A stretch of 64,000 nt of DNA from assembly GCA_963740655.1 (NCBI GenBank), contig CAVUFF010000011.1:502834-566833 (forward strand), read 5' to 3'. A program made the position numbers and the translations under genes. Origin of the DNA: an uncultured Acidobacteriota bacterium (GTDB lineage Bacteria; Acidobacteriota; Vicinamibacteria; Fen-336). The stretch's first letter is position 1. Every line of letters starts with the position of its first letter. Shown here piece after piece: positions 37,282 to 46,264 of this stretch. The notes beneath the pieces were generated by a model. That model did no database searches. It saw only the letters and a program-made list of their open reading frames with translations, and was not told the origin of the DNA.

Positions 37282-39395
37282 CAGAGCGGCTTGCCGTCGT
37301 AGTCCGCGGGGATTGGCACCTCGAGCAGCTTCAGGACCGACGGCGCGAGGTCCATGATGCCGGGCGAGCGGCTCGCGATCTTGCGGTTGCAGAAGAAGAC
37401 GCCGTGCGAGATCTCGGTCGCGGTGGCGCAGTGGTCGCCGGACCACTTCTTGTTGTTGTTCTCGACGACAGCGCGGCGGATGGTGCCGAGCGTGTCCTGC
37501 CAGCCGACCCGGTAGCCGTCGAGGAAGCCCACTTGCAGGTCGGGCGCCATCTGGATGAACTCGCCCTTGTAGATGTCGTCGCGCTTGTAGAGGTCCTGGA
37601 ACACGCGGTCGCCGGTCTCGGGGTCGTTGAGCGGGAGCAGCTTGCCCTTGATCTCGTCCTGGAGCTTGCGGTACTCCTCGCCCGCCGAGACGATGCCCTG
37701 CGCCTCGCGGCCCTTCAAGTTGAAGTAGATCTGGCCGAGCCCCACGGCGTAGGCCTTCGTCTGCGACCAGTCGACATCTGCGAAGAACTGGCCGCGGCCG
37801 AAGAGCTGAGCGAGGTTGTGGGTTTGGGTCGCGCCCTGGCCCTTGATGGTCATGTAACCGTTCTGGAGCAGCCAGGTGTTCAGGTTCACCTCGCGCCGGA
37901 AGGAGTGGAAGCCGTGGTCCGACATCACCATGAAGACCGCGTCCTTCGGCACCTTCGCGCGCAGCCGGCCGACGAAGTCGTCGGCGCGGCGGTAGACCTT
38001 CTCGATCGCGTCGCCGTACTTGTCGGCGAGCGCCTTGTCGTACATCGGGTGCCTGGGATCGATGAGCCGCCACATCATGTGCTGGATGCGGTCGGTCGTC
38101 TCGATCGCCGCCACGAACAGGTCCCAGTCGTCCGTCTCGAGCCGCTTCAGGATGATCTTCTCGCGGTCGTCCATGGCGCGGTCCGAGTCGTACAGGAACT
38201 GCGCCTCGTCGAGCCGGCCCTCGTTGAGCGGCTTGTCGGCCGACTCGGCCCAGCCGAGCGTGCGGTAGAGCCCGATCTGCGAGACGAGCTCTTTCGAGAA
38301 GGACGCCGGATACGTGATCGGGACCGGCGGGTTGCGCGGGTCCATGTTGACGGGCGAGGCGTAGAGCCGCAGCTCGCGCCCCGCCTCGAGCACGCTGAAC
38401 TGCGTCATGCCGTGGACGCTCACGAGCGCGTTGATCTTGAAGCTGAGCGGAACCCATGCGCTCCACTCCCCGGCCTTGAGGTGCAGCTTCTGGCCCTGGA
38501 TCTCGATGTCGGCGGCGTCCGAGCCTTCGGTCCAGCGCACCGTGATCGGCAGGTTGATGTCCTTGCCGGTGGTGAGCGCGTCGAGCCGCGCCTGCTCCGC
38601 CTCGCCGAGCACCGCTTCCTTCCTCTTCTTCCGGAGCGCCGCCTCCTCCTGCTTGAGGATCGGGTTCTCCGGTCCGCGCAGTGTCGTCTCGGAGACGCCG
38701 CCGTCGAGCAGCAGCCGCTTCAGCACACCGCCGAACTCCGTGTTGCCTTCCTCGTACGAGCTGAGGTCCGTCGCCCAGTAGTAGAAGGTCCCGAGCGTGC
38801 CGCGCAGGTCGGGCAGCGGCAGCCCGCCGAGCATCTGGCCGTGGTGGAGCTCCTCGGGGGGGAAGGTCACCGGCACCGTGAGCACCACCGAGTTGACGCC
38901 GTCGGCCGAGGCGGTCTTCCAGAACGACGTCCCGCCGCGCATTGACGTGATCTTCGGCTGCTTCGTCGGGATCAGGCCCCAGAGGAACTCGGGCGGCTCC
39001 TTCTTGATCATGTTGAAGTCCGGGAAGTACGTCTGGAGGTCCCGGACCAGGAAGTCGTAGATGCTGTGCTTGCCGGGGTTGACCCCGGTCGCGAAGCTCG
39101 ACCAGGCGGTCGGCGACTCCGAGGGCTGGGTCGAGCCGAGCCGCGAGAAGACGCCCTCGTCGGCGAGCGCCTTGAGGTTCGGCAGCTTGCCCGCGTCCAT
39201 GTACTGGCGCGCGAGCGTCGGGTCCATGCCGTCGAAGCCCATCACGAAGACGCGCTGCTTCGTGCGCCGGAGCGGCTTGCCGCCCGGGGGCCCCGAGTGG
39301 CAGGCGAGGAGCGACGACAGGAAACACACGCCGGCCAGCAGCAGGGCCAGCCTCGAGGAATGGCGCGAAATCGGGAAAAGCATGGAGTGGAGCAA
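37278..39395 (-). CDS. Alkaline-phosphatase-superfamily lipoprotein (type I phosphodiesterase/nucleotide pyrophosphatase-like)
   Basis: Lipobox LALLLAGVCFLSSLLAC. FVMGFDGMDP metal-ligand motif. FMVMSDHGF. Confidence 0.7.
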   Translation of the reverse strand: MLHSMLFPISRHSSRLALLLAGVCFLSSLLACHSGPPGGKPLRRTKQRVFVMGFDGMDPTLARQYMDAGKLPNLKALADEGVFSRLGSTQPSESPTAWSSFATGVNPGKHSIYDFLVRDLQTYFPDFNMIKKEPPEFLWGLIPTKQPKITSMRGGTSFWKTASADGVNSVVLTVPVTFPPEELHHGQMLGGLPLPDLRGTLGTFYYWATDLSSYEEGNTEFGGVLKRLLLDGGVSETTLRGPENPILKQEEAALRKKRKEAVLGEAEQARLDALTTGKDINLPITVRWTEGSDAADIEIQGQKLHLKAGEWSAWVPLSFKINALVSVHGMTQFSVLEAGRELRLYASPVNMDPRNPPVPITYPASFSKELVSQIGLYRTLGWAESADKPLNEGRLDEAQFLYDSDRAMDDREKIILKRLETDDWDLFVAAIETTDRIQHMMWRLIDPRHPMYDKALADKYGDAIEKVYRRADDFVGRLRAKVPKDAVFMVMSDHGFHSFRREVNLNTWLLQNGYMTIKGQGATQTHNLAQLFGRGQFFADVDWSQTKAYAVGLGQIYFNLKGREAQGIVSAGEEYRKLQDEIKGKLLPLNDPETGDRVFQDLYKRDDIYKGEFIQMAPDLQVGFLDGYRVGWQDTLGTIRRAVVENNNKKWSGDHCATATEISHGVFFCNRKIASRSPGIMDLAPSVLKLLEVPIPADYDGKPLW

Positions 39396-39468
39396 GTCTA
39401 CCCGACGCCTCGCGACGGCCGGTACGACTCGCGCTCGGCAAAGGCTCGCGCCATCGACCCGGCGTCGC

Positions 39469-42237
39469 TCAGCGAGGGCCGGCCGGCGCCAGGCGGCGCA
39501 GCTCGTCGAAGAAGTTCAGGATGAAGACCAGGTGGTCCCGCTTGGCAGCGGTCTGCTCCTCCGGGGCCATCAGGACGGCAAGGCGCTGGCCGTCGGGGTG
39601 CAGATCGAAGGACCGGAGCGCCGTCGGCAGGGACTGCATGCGCTCCGGCGACCACTCCCGGGGCGTCTCCGCGCGAAACGAGTCTCCCTCCGCGACGTAC
39701 GTCGCCACCCAGATGCTCCCGTCGTCCTTCTGGTAGAAGAGCTCCTTCCCGGCTCGCGACCACGCGGCGTAGAGGCCCCCACCGGTCGAGATCTGCCACT
39801 TTCCACCCGGGCCCGGAAAGGGCCGTACGTAAACCTCGGCGACACCTGCCTCGTTGGACTGGTAGGCGAGCCAGCGCCCGTCGGGGGAGAAGGTCGCATT
39901 GGTTTCGACGGCAGGACTGTTCAGGAAAGCCACGGGTTTCCCCGGCCGCCATCCGGACGTTTCGTCGCCCTCCAGAGGCAGGATCATGACGTCGTTGTAC
40001 GTCTGCGGATGCTGCTCGGTGAAGGCAAGGTACTTCCCGCTCGGATGCCACGACGTGGGCCATTGCGGATTCTTGCTTTCCGTCAGCCGCTGCGCCTCGC
40101 CCGTCCCGTCGGCGCGCTGCCAGTAGAGATTGGACGTCGCCTTGTTGGCCCGGTCGGAGCCGAAGGCGATGCGGCGGCCGTCCGGCGTCCACACCGGCCA
40201 CTGGTCCGAGGCGCTGTCGAATGTCAGGCGCGACAGCGTGTCGCGTTGCCAGTCGTAGACGGATACGTCGATCTGGCTACCCTCCTGGATGTCCATCGCG
40301 AGCTTCCGGCCATCCGGAGAGAAGCGGAGGTTCCGGTAGCGGCGGGGCAGGGCTCGGAGCGGCTGTGGCCGGCCTTCCCGGCCCAGCCACAGGATGGACA
40401 TTTCGCCCCCGACGCTCCGGCCGGGCAGGAATACGAACGTCCCCCGATCCGAGAAGGCGAACTGCGCCCCCGCGAACCCCGCAGCGGAAGTGATGCCCTG
40501 CAGCACCGGGACAGGCGGGCCGCTCCGCTCCAGACGACCTTTATCGAAGGGCACCGCGAACAGCGTCCCTTCGTGCATGTAGACCAGGTGGCCGCTCCCG
40601 AGATAGCGGCCGTGGTATCCGCCGCGATGAACGATGCGCCGCGGGCCGCTCGGCAGCGGCTGGACGACGAGGCTCGCGCCCTCGAAGTCGCCCACCTGGC
40701 TGTGTGCTGTGTAGAGCACGGCCCGGCCGCCAGGGAGCGCCTGCGGCCAGCGGTGGGTGATCTCCGCGTCGAGGGACGTCACGACTTCCGGTGCTCCTCC
40801 ATCGGCGGACACCCGTGACAGCCCGCTTCGGCCCCGAGGCGCAAAGACGATCGTCCGGTCGTCGATCCAGGTCCCGCCGCGGTCGTCGGGCGCATCGCAC
40901 AGCGCGACGGCGGCGCCTCCGGTGACCGCCACCTTCTTGAGCTTGCCGCCGGCGAAGAACGCGAGCCACTGCCCGTCGGGCGAGAAGAACGGGTTGCGGG
41001 CGTTCTCCGTGCCGGGAAGCGGGGAAGCCTGCAGCTCCTCGAGCCGCCGCAAGTAGAGCTGCTGCGGCCTGCCCCCCGCGGCTCTTTGCGCCACGAAAGC
41101 GAGCAGGCTGCCGTCCGGGGAAAGGGTCACGGCCGTCCCCACTCCGAAGCCCGTGGTCGCGAGCGACATGTCCGCTCCCAGCTCGACGCTCAGGCGCACG
41201 GCCTTCGGCGCCGCCGCGGCCGGCTTCCAGGGCGCCCAACGGCCCAGCACCAGCCCCAGCGCCAACGCACCCGCGACCGCCCACGGCAACGCTCGCCACC
41301 AGAGCGGCACCGGCTGCGGGAGCGCGCCTGCGGTTGCTTCCTCCGGCACACCTCCGAGCGCCTCGTCGAGGGCCACGCGCGCGTCGGCGATGTCGTGCTG
41401 GCGGTTCTTCGGGTTGCGCTCCAGGCAACGCCGCAGCAGGCGGCGGACCGCGGGGGGCGTCGCCAAGGGCAGCTCGTTCCACCGTGGCTCGCGCGTCAGC
41501 ACCGCGGCCAGCACGTCCGACACCGTCTCGCCGACGAAGAGCTGCCTGCCCGTCAGCATCTCGAACAGGACCACGCCAAAAGCCCAGATGTCGGCGCGCT
41601 TGTCGACCGGCTTGCCGCGGGCCTGCTCCGGCGACATGTAGGCGGCGGTGCCGAGGATCAGGCCCGCGGCGGTGCCGGTGCGCGCGAGAGTGGGCGACTG
41701 CGACCAGTCGAAGCTGTCGCTGGCTCCGTCGCCGTCGTGGCTCCAGGCCTTGGCGAGACCGAAGTCGAGCACCTTGACGTGACCGTCGGCCGAGACCTTG
41801 ACGTTCGCGGGCTTGAGATCGCGGTGGACGATACCCTTCTCGTGCGCGGCCTCGAGCGCCTCGGCGATCTGCTTCGCGATCGCCAGCGCCTCGTCGACCG
41901 GAATCGCAGAACGCTTCAGGCGCTCCGAGAGGTTCTCGCCCTCGGCGAGCTCCATCGCGAGGAAGCGCACCGGAGTCGCGCTGCCTTCGTGCGATCCCTC
42001 CTCGAGCGCGAACAGGCCGGCGATGTGGGTGTGCGAGAGCGACGCGAGCAGCTTCGCCTCGCGCTCGAAGCGGGCGAGGCGGTCCGGATCGGAAGCGAAG
42101 GCGGCAGGAAGCAGCTTGAGCGCGACGTCCCGGCCGAGGCGCGTGTCCGTTGCGCGCCAGACTTCGCCCATCCCCCCTGCGCCGAGGGGCGCCAGCACCT
42201 CGTAGGGACCGAGACGGTGACCTTTCTCCAGGGTCAA
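39469..42237 (-). CDS. Ser/Thr protein kinase fused via a TM helix to a periplasmic TolB-like beta-propeller
   Basis: Kinase subdomains (GAGGMGEVWRA, VALK, HRDLKPANV, DFGLAK, SPE). One TM segment. Repeated PD40 units (FSPDGQWLAFF, FSPDGRKLAM, WTPDGRRIAFGSDR, FSPDGRWLAYQSNE). Confidence 0.85.
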   Translation of the reverse strand: MTLEKGHRLGPYEVLAPLGAGGMGEVWRATDTRLGRDVALKLLPAAFASDPDRLARFEREAKLLASLSHTHIAGLFALEEGSHEGSATPVRFLAMELAEGENLSERLKRSAIPVDEALAIAKQIAEALEAAHEKGIVHRDLKPANVKVSADGHVKVLDFGLAKAWSHDGDGASDSFDWSQSPTLARTGTAAGLILGTAAYMSPEQARGKPVDKRADIWAFGVVLFEMLTGRQLFVGETVSDVLAAVLTREPRWNELPLATPPAVRRLLRRCLERNPKNRQHDIADARVALDEALGGVPEEATAGALPQPVPLWWRALPWAVAGALALGLVLGRWAPWKPAAAAPKAVRLSVELGADMSLATTGFGVGTAVTLSPDGSLLAFVAQRAAGGRPQQLYLRRLEELQASPLPGTENARNPFFSPDGQWLAFFAGGKLKKVAVTGGAAVALCDAPDDRGGTWIDDRTIVFAPRGRSGLSRVSADGGAPEVVTSLDAEITHRWPQALPGGRAVLYTAHSQVGDFEGASLVVQPLPSGPRRIVHRGGYHGRYLGSGHLVYMHEGTLFAVPFDKGRLERSGPPVPVLQGITSAAGFAGAQFAFSDRGTFVFLPGRSVGGEMSILWLGREGRPQPLRALPRRYRNLRFSPDGRKLAMDIQEGSQIDVSVYDWQRDTLSRLTFDSASDQWPVWTPDGRRIAFGSDRANKATSNLYWQRADGTGEAQRLTESKNPQWPTSWHPSGKYLAFTEQHPQTYNDVMILPLEGDETSGWRPGKPVAFLNSPAVETNATFSPDGRWLAYQSNEAGVAEVYVRPFPGPGGKWQISTGGGLYAAWSRAGKELFYQKDDGSIWVATYVAEGDSFRAETPREWSPERMQSLPTALRSFDLHPDGQRLAVLMAPEEQTAAKRDHLVFILNFFDELRRLAPAGPR

Positions 42238-42250
42238 GGGTGCGAGGATT

Positions 42251-42718
42251 CTAGCGCGTGGGCGCCTGACGGATCATGAGGTATTCGCGGAGCTGGAGGA
42301 CCCGCAGGCCCGGCAGCGGCGGGAGGTCGCGGTCGTTGGTCACGAAGCTGCGACAGCCGGCGGACAGGGCCGTCGCCAGCTGGAGCGCGTCGGGCGACCG
42401 GAGCGACGGGTGACGCGCCCGCAGCTGCGCCGCGGCCCGCAGCTCGTCGCGTCCGATGTCCACGAGCTGCAGGCCTCGGCTGCGCGAGAGGCTGGTCTCG
42501 TATCGATCGGCCAGCGCGAGGTTGCCGGCGCGGTAGGGCACCACGAGCACCTCGAGCAGGGTGAGGCTCGAGGTGACGACCTGCCGCCGGCCGGCCGCCA
42601 CCTCCTCGAAGATCGGCGCCACGAGCGGCAGGAAGTCCGGACTCTCCTCGATGAAGTAGATGAAGACCGCGGTGTCGAGGGCGGTAGGACCTGGCCCCAG
42701 GTCGTCCGTCAGTCCCAC
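42251..42718 (-). CDS. vapC: PIN-domain toxin
   Basis: LDTAVFIYFIEE with conserved acidic residues. 155 aa. 10-bp overlap with the upstream antitoxin. Confidence 0.75.
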   Translation of the reverse strand: MGLTDDLGPGPTALDTAVFIYFIEESPDFLPLVAPIFEEVAAGRRQVVTSSLTLLEVLVVPYRAGNLALADRYETSLSRSRGLQLVDIGRDELRAAAQLRARHPSLRSPDALQLATALSAGCRSFVTNDRDLPPLPGLRVLQLREYLMIRQAPTR

Positions 42719-42939
42719 GTGCGGCGCTCGGCCTCCACGTGCGACGCGGCGTCCGTGGCTTCCCAGACCTCCTTCCCGAGGCCTCGGAGCTCGAGGATCG
42801 ACACCTGCTGCGGGCGTCCTACCGCCTCCTCGAGAATCAAGGTCACCTCCTGCGCTACGGACCGGCGCCGGTCACGCGCCCGCTTCTGGAGCTTGCGGTA
42901 GAGGGCGTCCGGGAGGTTCTTTACGTTCAGCGTTGCCAC
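42709..42939 (-). CDS. vapB: Ribbon-helix-helix (FitA/VapB-type) antitoxin
   Basis: MATLNVKNLPDALYRKLQKRARDRRRSVAQEVTLILEEAV, a typical Arc/MetJ-type antitoxin N-terminus. Confidence 0.7.
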   Translation of the reverse strand: MATLNVKNLPDALYRKLQKRARDRRRSVAQEVTLILEEAVGRPQQVSILELRGLGKEVWEATDAASHVEAERRTWD

Positions 42940-42994
42940 TATTCCTCCAAACCTCCTCCATTATGGAGGAATAGGGCGTCGAGGCAACTCCGCT

Positions 42995-43324
42995 TCAACC
43001 CCCGCAGCCGAGCGCAAAGCCCAGTGCGTCGCAGACCTCCCGCATCCGTCGCGGCTCGAGTGAGCCCAGGCGCCGGCCCAGGAGCTGCTTCGATACGGTG
43101 ACGACGTTGTGGAGGTTCACCGCGCACGGCTGCTTCATTCCGTCGTCGGGGCCAAGCACGACCTCCGAGGGCACGCCGCGGATCGTGGACGTGATGGGCG
43201 CCACGGTCACGCGGGAGAGGTACCCGATCGCCGAATCGCGCGTCAGCACGAGCACCGGCCGCGGCTTGTCGGGTGAGGGGAATGCGAACACGCGCACGTC
43301 GCCGCGCGCTACTCCTCCGGCCAC
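42995..43324 (-). CDS. mazF: MazF/PemK-family toxin
   Basis: RGDVRVFAFPSPDKPRPVLVLTRD...VAPITST...PSEVVL fits the PemK/MazF pattern. 16-bp overlap with the upstream antitoxin. Confidence 0.7.
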   Translation of the reverse strand: MAGGVARGDVRVFAFPSPDKPRPVLVLTRDSAIGYLSRVTVAPITSTIRGVPSEVVLGPDDGMKQPCAVNLHNVVTVSKQLLGRRLGSLEPRRMREVCDALGFALGCGG

Positions 43325-43554
43325 GCGGCGAGCCTCTCCCAGGCGGCCCCTTCGGCGGCATGCTCGGGACGGCGTTCGTAACCCGCGCGATCGGCCGCCT
43401 CCCGCTGTCTGCGCCGCATGCCGGCGAGATGCGCGCGCAGCGCCTGGCGCACGAGCGCCGACCGATTCAGCTTGAGGCGCCGGGCTGCCTGGTCAGCGGC
43501 CCGCAGCAGCTCCGCCTCGAGCACGACCTGGATCGTCTCCATACTGTGGAGCAT
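43309..43554 (-). CDS. RHH/CopG-like antitoxin partner of the MazF-like toxin
   Basis: 81 aa with LNRSALVRQALRAHL (RHH-like). Its start codon lies inside a perfect 12-bp inverted repeat. Confidence 0.55.
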   Translation of the reverse strand: MLHSMETIQVVLEAELLRAADQAARRLKLNRSALVRQALRAHLAGMRRRQREAADRAGYERRPEHAAEGAAWERLAAWPEE

Positions 43555-43576
43555 GATCCACAGTATGCTCCACAGT
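43543..43576. promoter_or_regulatory. Perfect 12-bp inverted repeat (ACTGTGGAGCAT-N10-ATGCTCCACAGT) overlapping the antitoxin start; candidate autoregulatory operator
   Basis: actgtggagcat gatccacagt atgctccacagt. The spacer repeats part of the half-site. Confidence 0.5.
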
Positions 43577-43603
43577 CAACGGGCGAGCGACTGTCCCGCG
43601 GGG

Positions 43604-44659
43604 CTACCTTTTCGGGTCGCCGGGCCGCCGCGCCCGGCCCGGGCGCGGCGTCGTCCCGGGCACGATCACGCGCTCGAGCGGCGAGGCGGCCCGCGTCGTG
43701 ATCCCGTCGTCGAACGGCTCGCGCATGTCGTCCTGCAGCGGCACCAGCGTCGGCTCGTGCTGGCGCGGCTCGGCGTCGTCGCTCACGAAGCCCTCGCCGA
43801 AGATCGAGCCCAGGTAGTGCTTCAGCGTCAGGTTGGTGGGGCCGTAGCCCTTGTCGTACAGGTAGTGCTCGCAGGCCTCGCCCATGGCGGCGGCCGCGGG
43901 AAAGCGGCGCGCCGACGCGCGCTCGAGCGCGCGCGACAGGATCGCCTCGACCGCCTCCGGAACCGCCGGGTTGATCGAGCTCGCCTTGGGGATGTCGCCC
44001 GAGACGACGCGCTCCAGGATCTCCGCCGTGCTCTCGCCCGTGAACAGGCGCTCGCCGGTCAGCATCTCGAACAGCACGCTGCCGAGCGAGAAGATGTCGC
44101 TGCGCTGGTCGGCGCGCATCTCGACCACCATCTCGGGCGCCATGTACGAGGGCTTGCCGGCCAGGTAGCTCTCGCGCGTGCCGCTCCTCGCGGCGATCCC
44201 GAAGTCGATCAGCTTGACGGTGCCCTCGGTCGTCATCATCACGTTGCTGGGGCTGATGTCGCGGTGCACGATGCGTACCTTCTCGAACACGTACTGCAGC
44301 CCGCGGCACACCCGGCTCGCGATGAACACCGACAGGTCCACGTCGGCCAGGTAGCCGAGCTCGCGGTGTCGCTCGAGGTACTCGATCAGGCTCCAGCCGT
44401 CGATGTACTCGAGCACGATGCACAGCTCGCCGTCGATCCGCTCGAAGTCGAAGATGCGGCCGATGTTCTCGTGGTCGAGCACCGCGTAGCGGCGCGCCTC
44501 CTCGACGAAGAGCCGCAGGTGCTCGGGCTCGGGCGTGCGCAGCTGCTTGATCACGATCGGGCGCTGGAAACCCGCCTGGCCCAGCAGCAGCCCCTTGCGC
44601 ACGGTGCCCATGCCGCCGGCTGCCAGCTCGTGAAGGAGACGGTACTTCGGTTCGGACAA
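43604..44659 (-). CDS. Ser/Thr protein kinase (cytoplasmic, 351 aa)
   Basis: GGMGTVRKG, VIKQL, HRDISPSNVM, DFGIA, APE. No TM segment. Confidence 0.85.
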   Translation of the reverse strand: MSEPKYRLLHELAAGGMGTVRKGLLLGQAGFQRPIVIKQLRTPEPEHLRLFVEEARRYAVLDHENIGRIFDFERIDGELCIVLEYIDGWSLIEYLERHRELGYLADVDLSVFIASRVCRGLQYVFEKVRIVHRDISPSNVMMTTEGTVKLIDFGIAARSGTRESYLAGKPSYMAPEMVVEMRADQRSDIFSLGSVLFEMLTGERLFTGESTAEILERVVSGDIPKASSINPAVPEAVEAILSRALERASARRFPAAAAMGEACEHYLYDKGYGPTNLTLKHYLGSIFGEGFVSDDAEPRQHEPTLVPLQDDMREPFDDGITTRAASPLERVIVPGTTPRPGRARRPGDPKR

Positions 44660-44747
44660 GAAACCTTCCCCGGACTATGGCCCGCGCGAGGATGGCAAAG
44701 CCGTCCCGGGGTGTCAAGGCAAACGCCCGTCGCTATACTGGCCGACA

Positions 44748-45182
44748 GTGCGCCTCCTGGCTCTCGACGTGGGGGACGTGCGGATCGGAGTCGCGGTCTC
44801 CGACGAGACGCGAACGCTCGCGTCCGGCCTCACGACGCTCCGCTCGCGCGGAGCGCGCCGGGACGTGCAGCAGGTGGTGGCACTCGTGCGCGAGCAGGGC
44901 GTGGGCGAGGTCCTGGTCGGGCTGCCGCTCCGGCTCGACGGCTCGCGCGGCCCGCAGGCGGAGAAGGTGCTCGCGTTCGTGGAGCGGCTCCGGCGCAGCC
45001 TGCGCATCCCGGTGGTCACGCGCGACGAGCGGCTGAGCTCCGTCGCTGCGGCCGAGCGGCTGGCCGAGGCCGGCGTGCGCGGCCGCGAGCGCAAGCGGCG
45101 CCTCGACCAGGCGGCCGCCTGCGTGGTGCTGCAGGAGCTGCTCGACGAGCGCAAGGCCGTGCCCGCGGGAGGCGGCGCCTGA
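44748..45182 (+). CDS. ruvX: Holliday-junction resolvase-like RuvX/YqgF
   Basis: LLALDVGDVRIGVAVSD start and LPLRLDGS motif. 144 aa. Confidence 0.85.
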   Translation: MRLLALDVGDVRIGVAVSDETRTLASGLTTLRSRGARRDVQQVVALVREQGVGEVLVGLPLRLDGSRGPQAEKVLAFVERLRRSLRIPVVTRDERLSSVAAAERLAEAGVRGRERKRRLDQAAACVVLQELLDERKAVPAGGGA

Positions 45183-45229
45183 ACCGGCTCGGCTACCGCT
45201 CCAGGCCGGAGCCCCCGCGGACGCGCCAG

Positions 45230-46261
45230 GCTGTGGCCTCGCGCGGGAGCGCGAGGGGCCTCGCTCCATGGCTCGCGGCGCTGGTGCTGCTCACGAGCGC
45301 CCTCGCCGCGGCCTGGCGCTACGAGATCTCGTCGACCAAGATCGATGCGGGGCTCCTGCCCGTGCGGCTCGTGGTGCCGCAGGGCGCGAGCGTCGGGGCG
45401 ATCGCACGCCAGCTGCACGCGATGGGCCTCGTGCGCCACCCGCTCGTCTTTCGCGTGCTGGCGGCGCGGCAGGGTGTCGCGGGACAGCTGAAGGCGGGCG
45501 AGTACGCGCTCTCGGGACCGCTGTCGGTCCAGGGCATCCTGGACGCGTTGGTGCGCGGCGACGTGCTGCGCCGCGACCTGACCGTGCCCGAGGGCCGCAG
45601 CCTGGACGAGATCGCGGCGCTCGTGGTCGCGGAGGGGCTTCGGCTCGACGCCTTCCTCGCCGCCGCCCGCGACCCGACGCCGATCCACGACCTCGACCCC
45701 GCGGCCGCGAGCCTCGAGGGCTACCTGTTCCCGGACACGTACGACGTGCCCCAGACGCCCGAGGCGCCGCGCGCTCTGGTCCGCCACATGCTCGAGCGCT
45801 TCCGCGCGGTGATCGGGCCCGAGCTGCCGCGCATCGCCGGCAAGGGGCTGACGGTGCGGCAGGTGGTGACGCTCGCCTCGATCGTCGAGCTCGAGACCGC
45901 GCAGCCCGGCGAGCGGCCGCGGATCGCCGCCGTGTTCCTGCACCGGCTGGAGAAGGGCATGCCGCTGCAGACCGATCCGTCGGTGATCTACGCGCTGAAG
46001 CTGGCCGGCCGCTGGGACGGCAACATCCGCAAGAAGGACCTCGACATCGACTCGCCCTACAACACCTACGTCCACCCCGGCCTGCCGCCCGGTCCGCTCG
46101 GCTCACCGGGCAAGGACGCGATCCGGGCCGTGCTCGATCCCACGCCCGGCAAGGAGCTCTACTTCGTGAGCCGCAACGACGGCACGCACGAGTTCAGCGA
46201 GACGCTCGACGCGCACAACCGCGCGGTGAGCCGCTACCAGCGGCACCGCGTGAGCTCCTGA
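45230..46261 (+). CDS. mltG: Endolytic murein transglycosylase MltG (YceG family); start approximate
   Basis: N-terminal TM anchor (LAALVLLTSALAAAW). YceG motifs (GEYAL, SIVELE, QTDPSVIYAL, SPYNTY). Candidate GTG near 45232. Confidence 0.8.
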   Translation, partial: AVASRGSARGLAPWLAALVLLTSALAAAWRYEISSTKIDAGLLPVRLVVPQGASVGAIARQLHAMGLVRHPLVFRVLAARQGVAGQLKAGEYALSGPLSVQGILDALVRGDVLRRDLTVPEGRSLDEIAALVVAEGLRLDAFLAAARDPTPIHDLDPAAASLEGYLFPDTYDVPQTPEAPRALVRHMLERFRAVIGPELPRIAGKGLTVRQVVTLASIVELETAQPGERPRIAAVFLHRLEKGMPLQTDPSVIYALKLAGRWDGNIRKKDLDIDSPYNTYVHPGLPPGPLGSPGKDAIRAVLDPTPGKELYFVSRNDGTHEFSETLDAHNRAVSRYQRHRVSS

Positions 46262-46264
46262 GCC

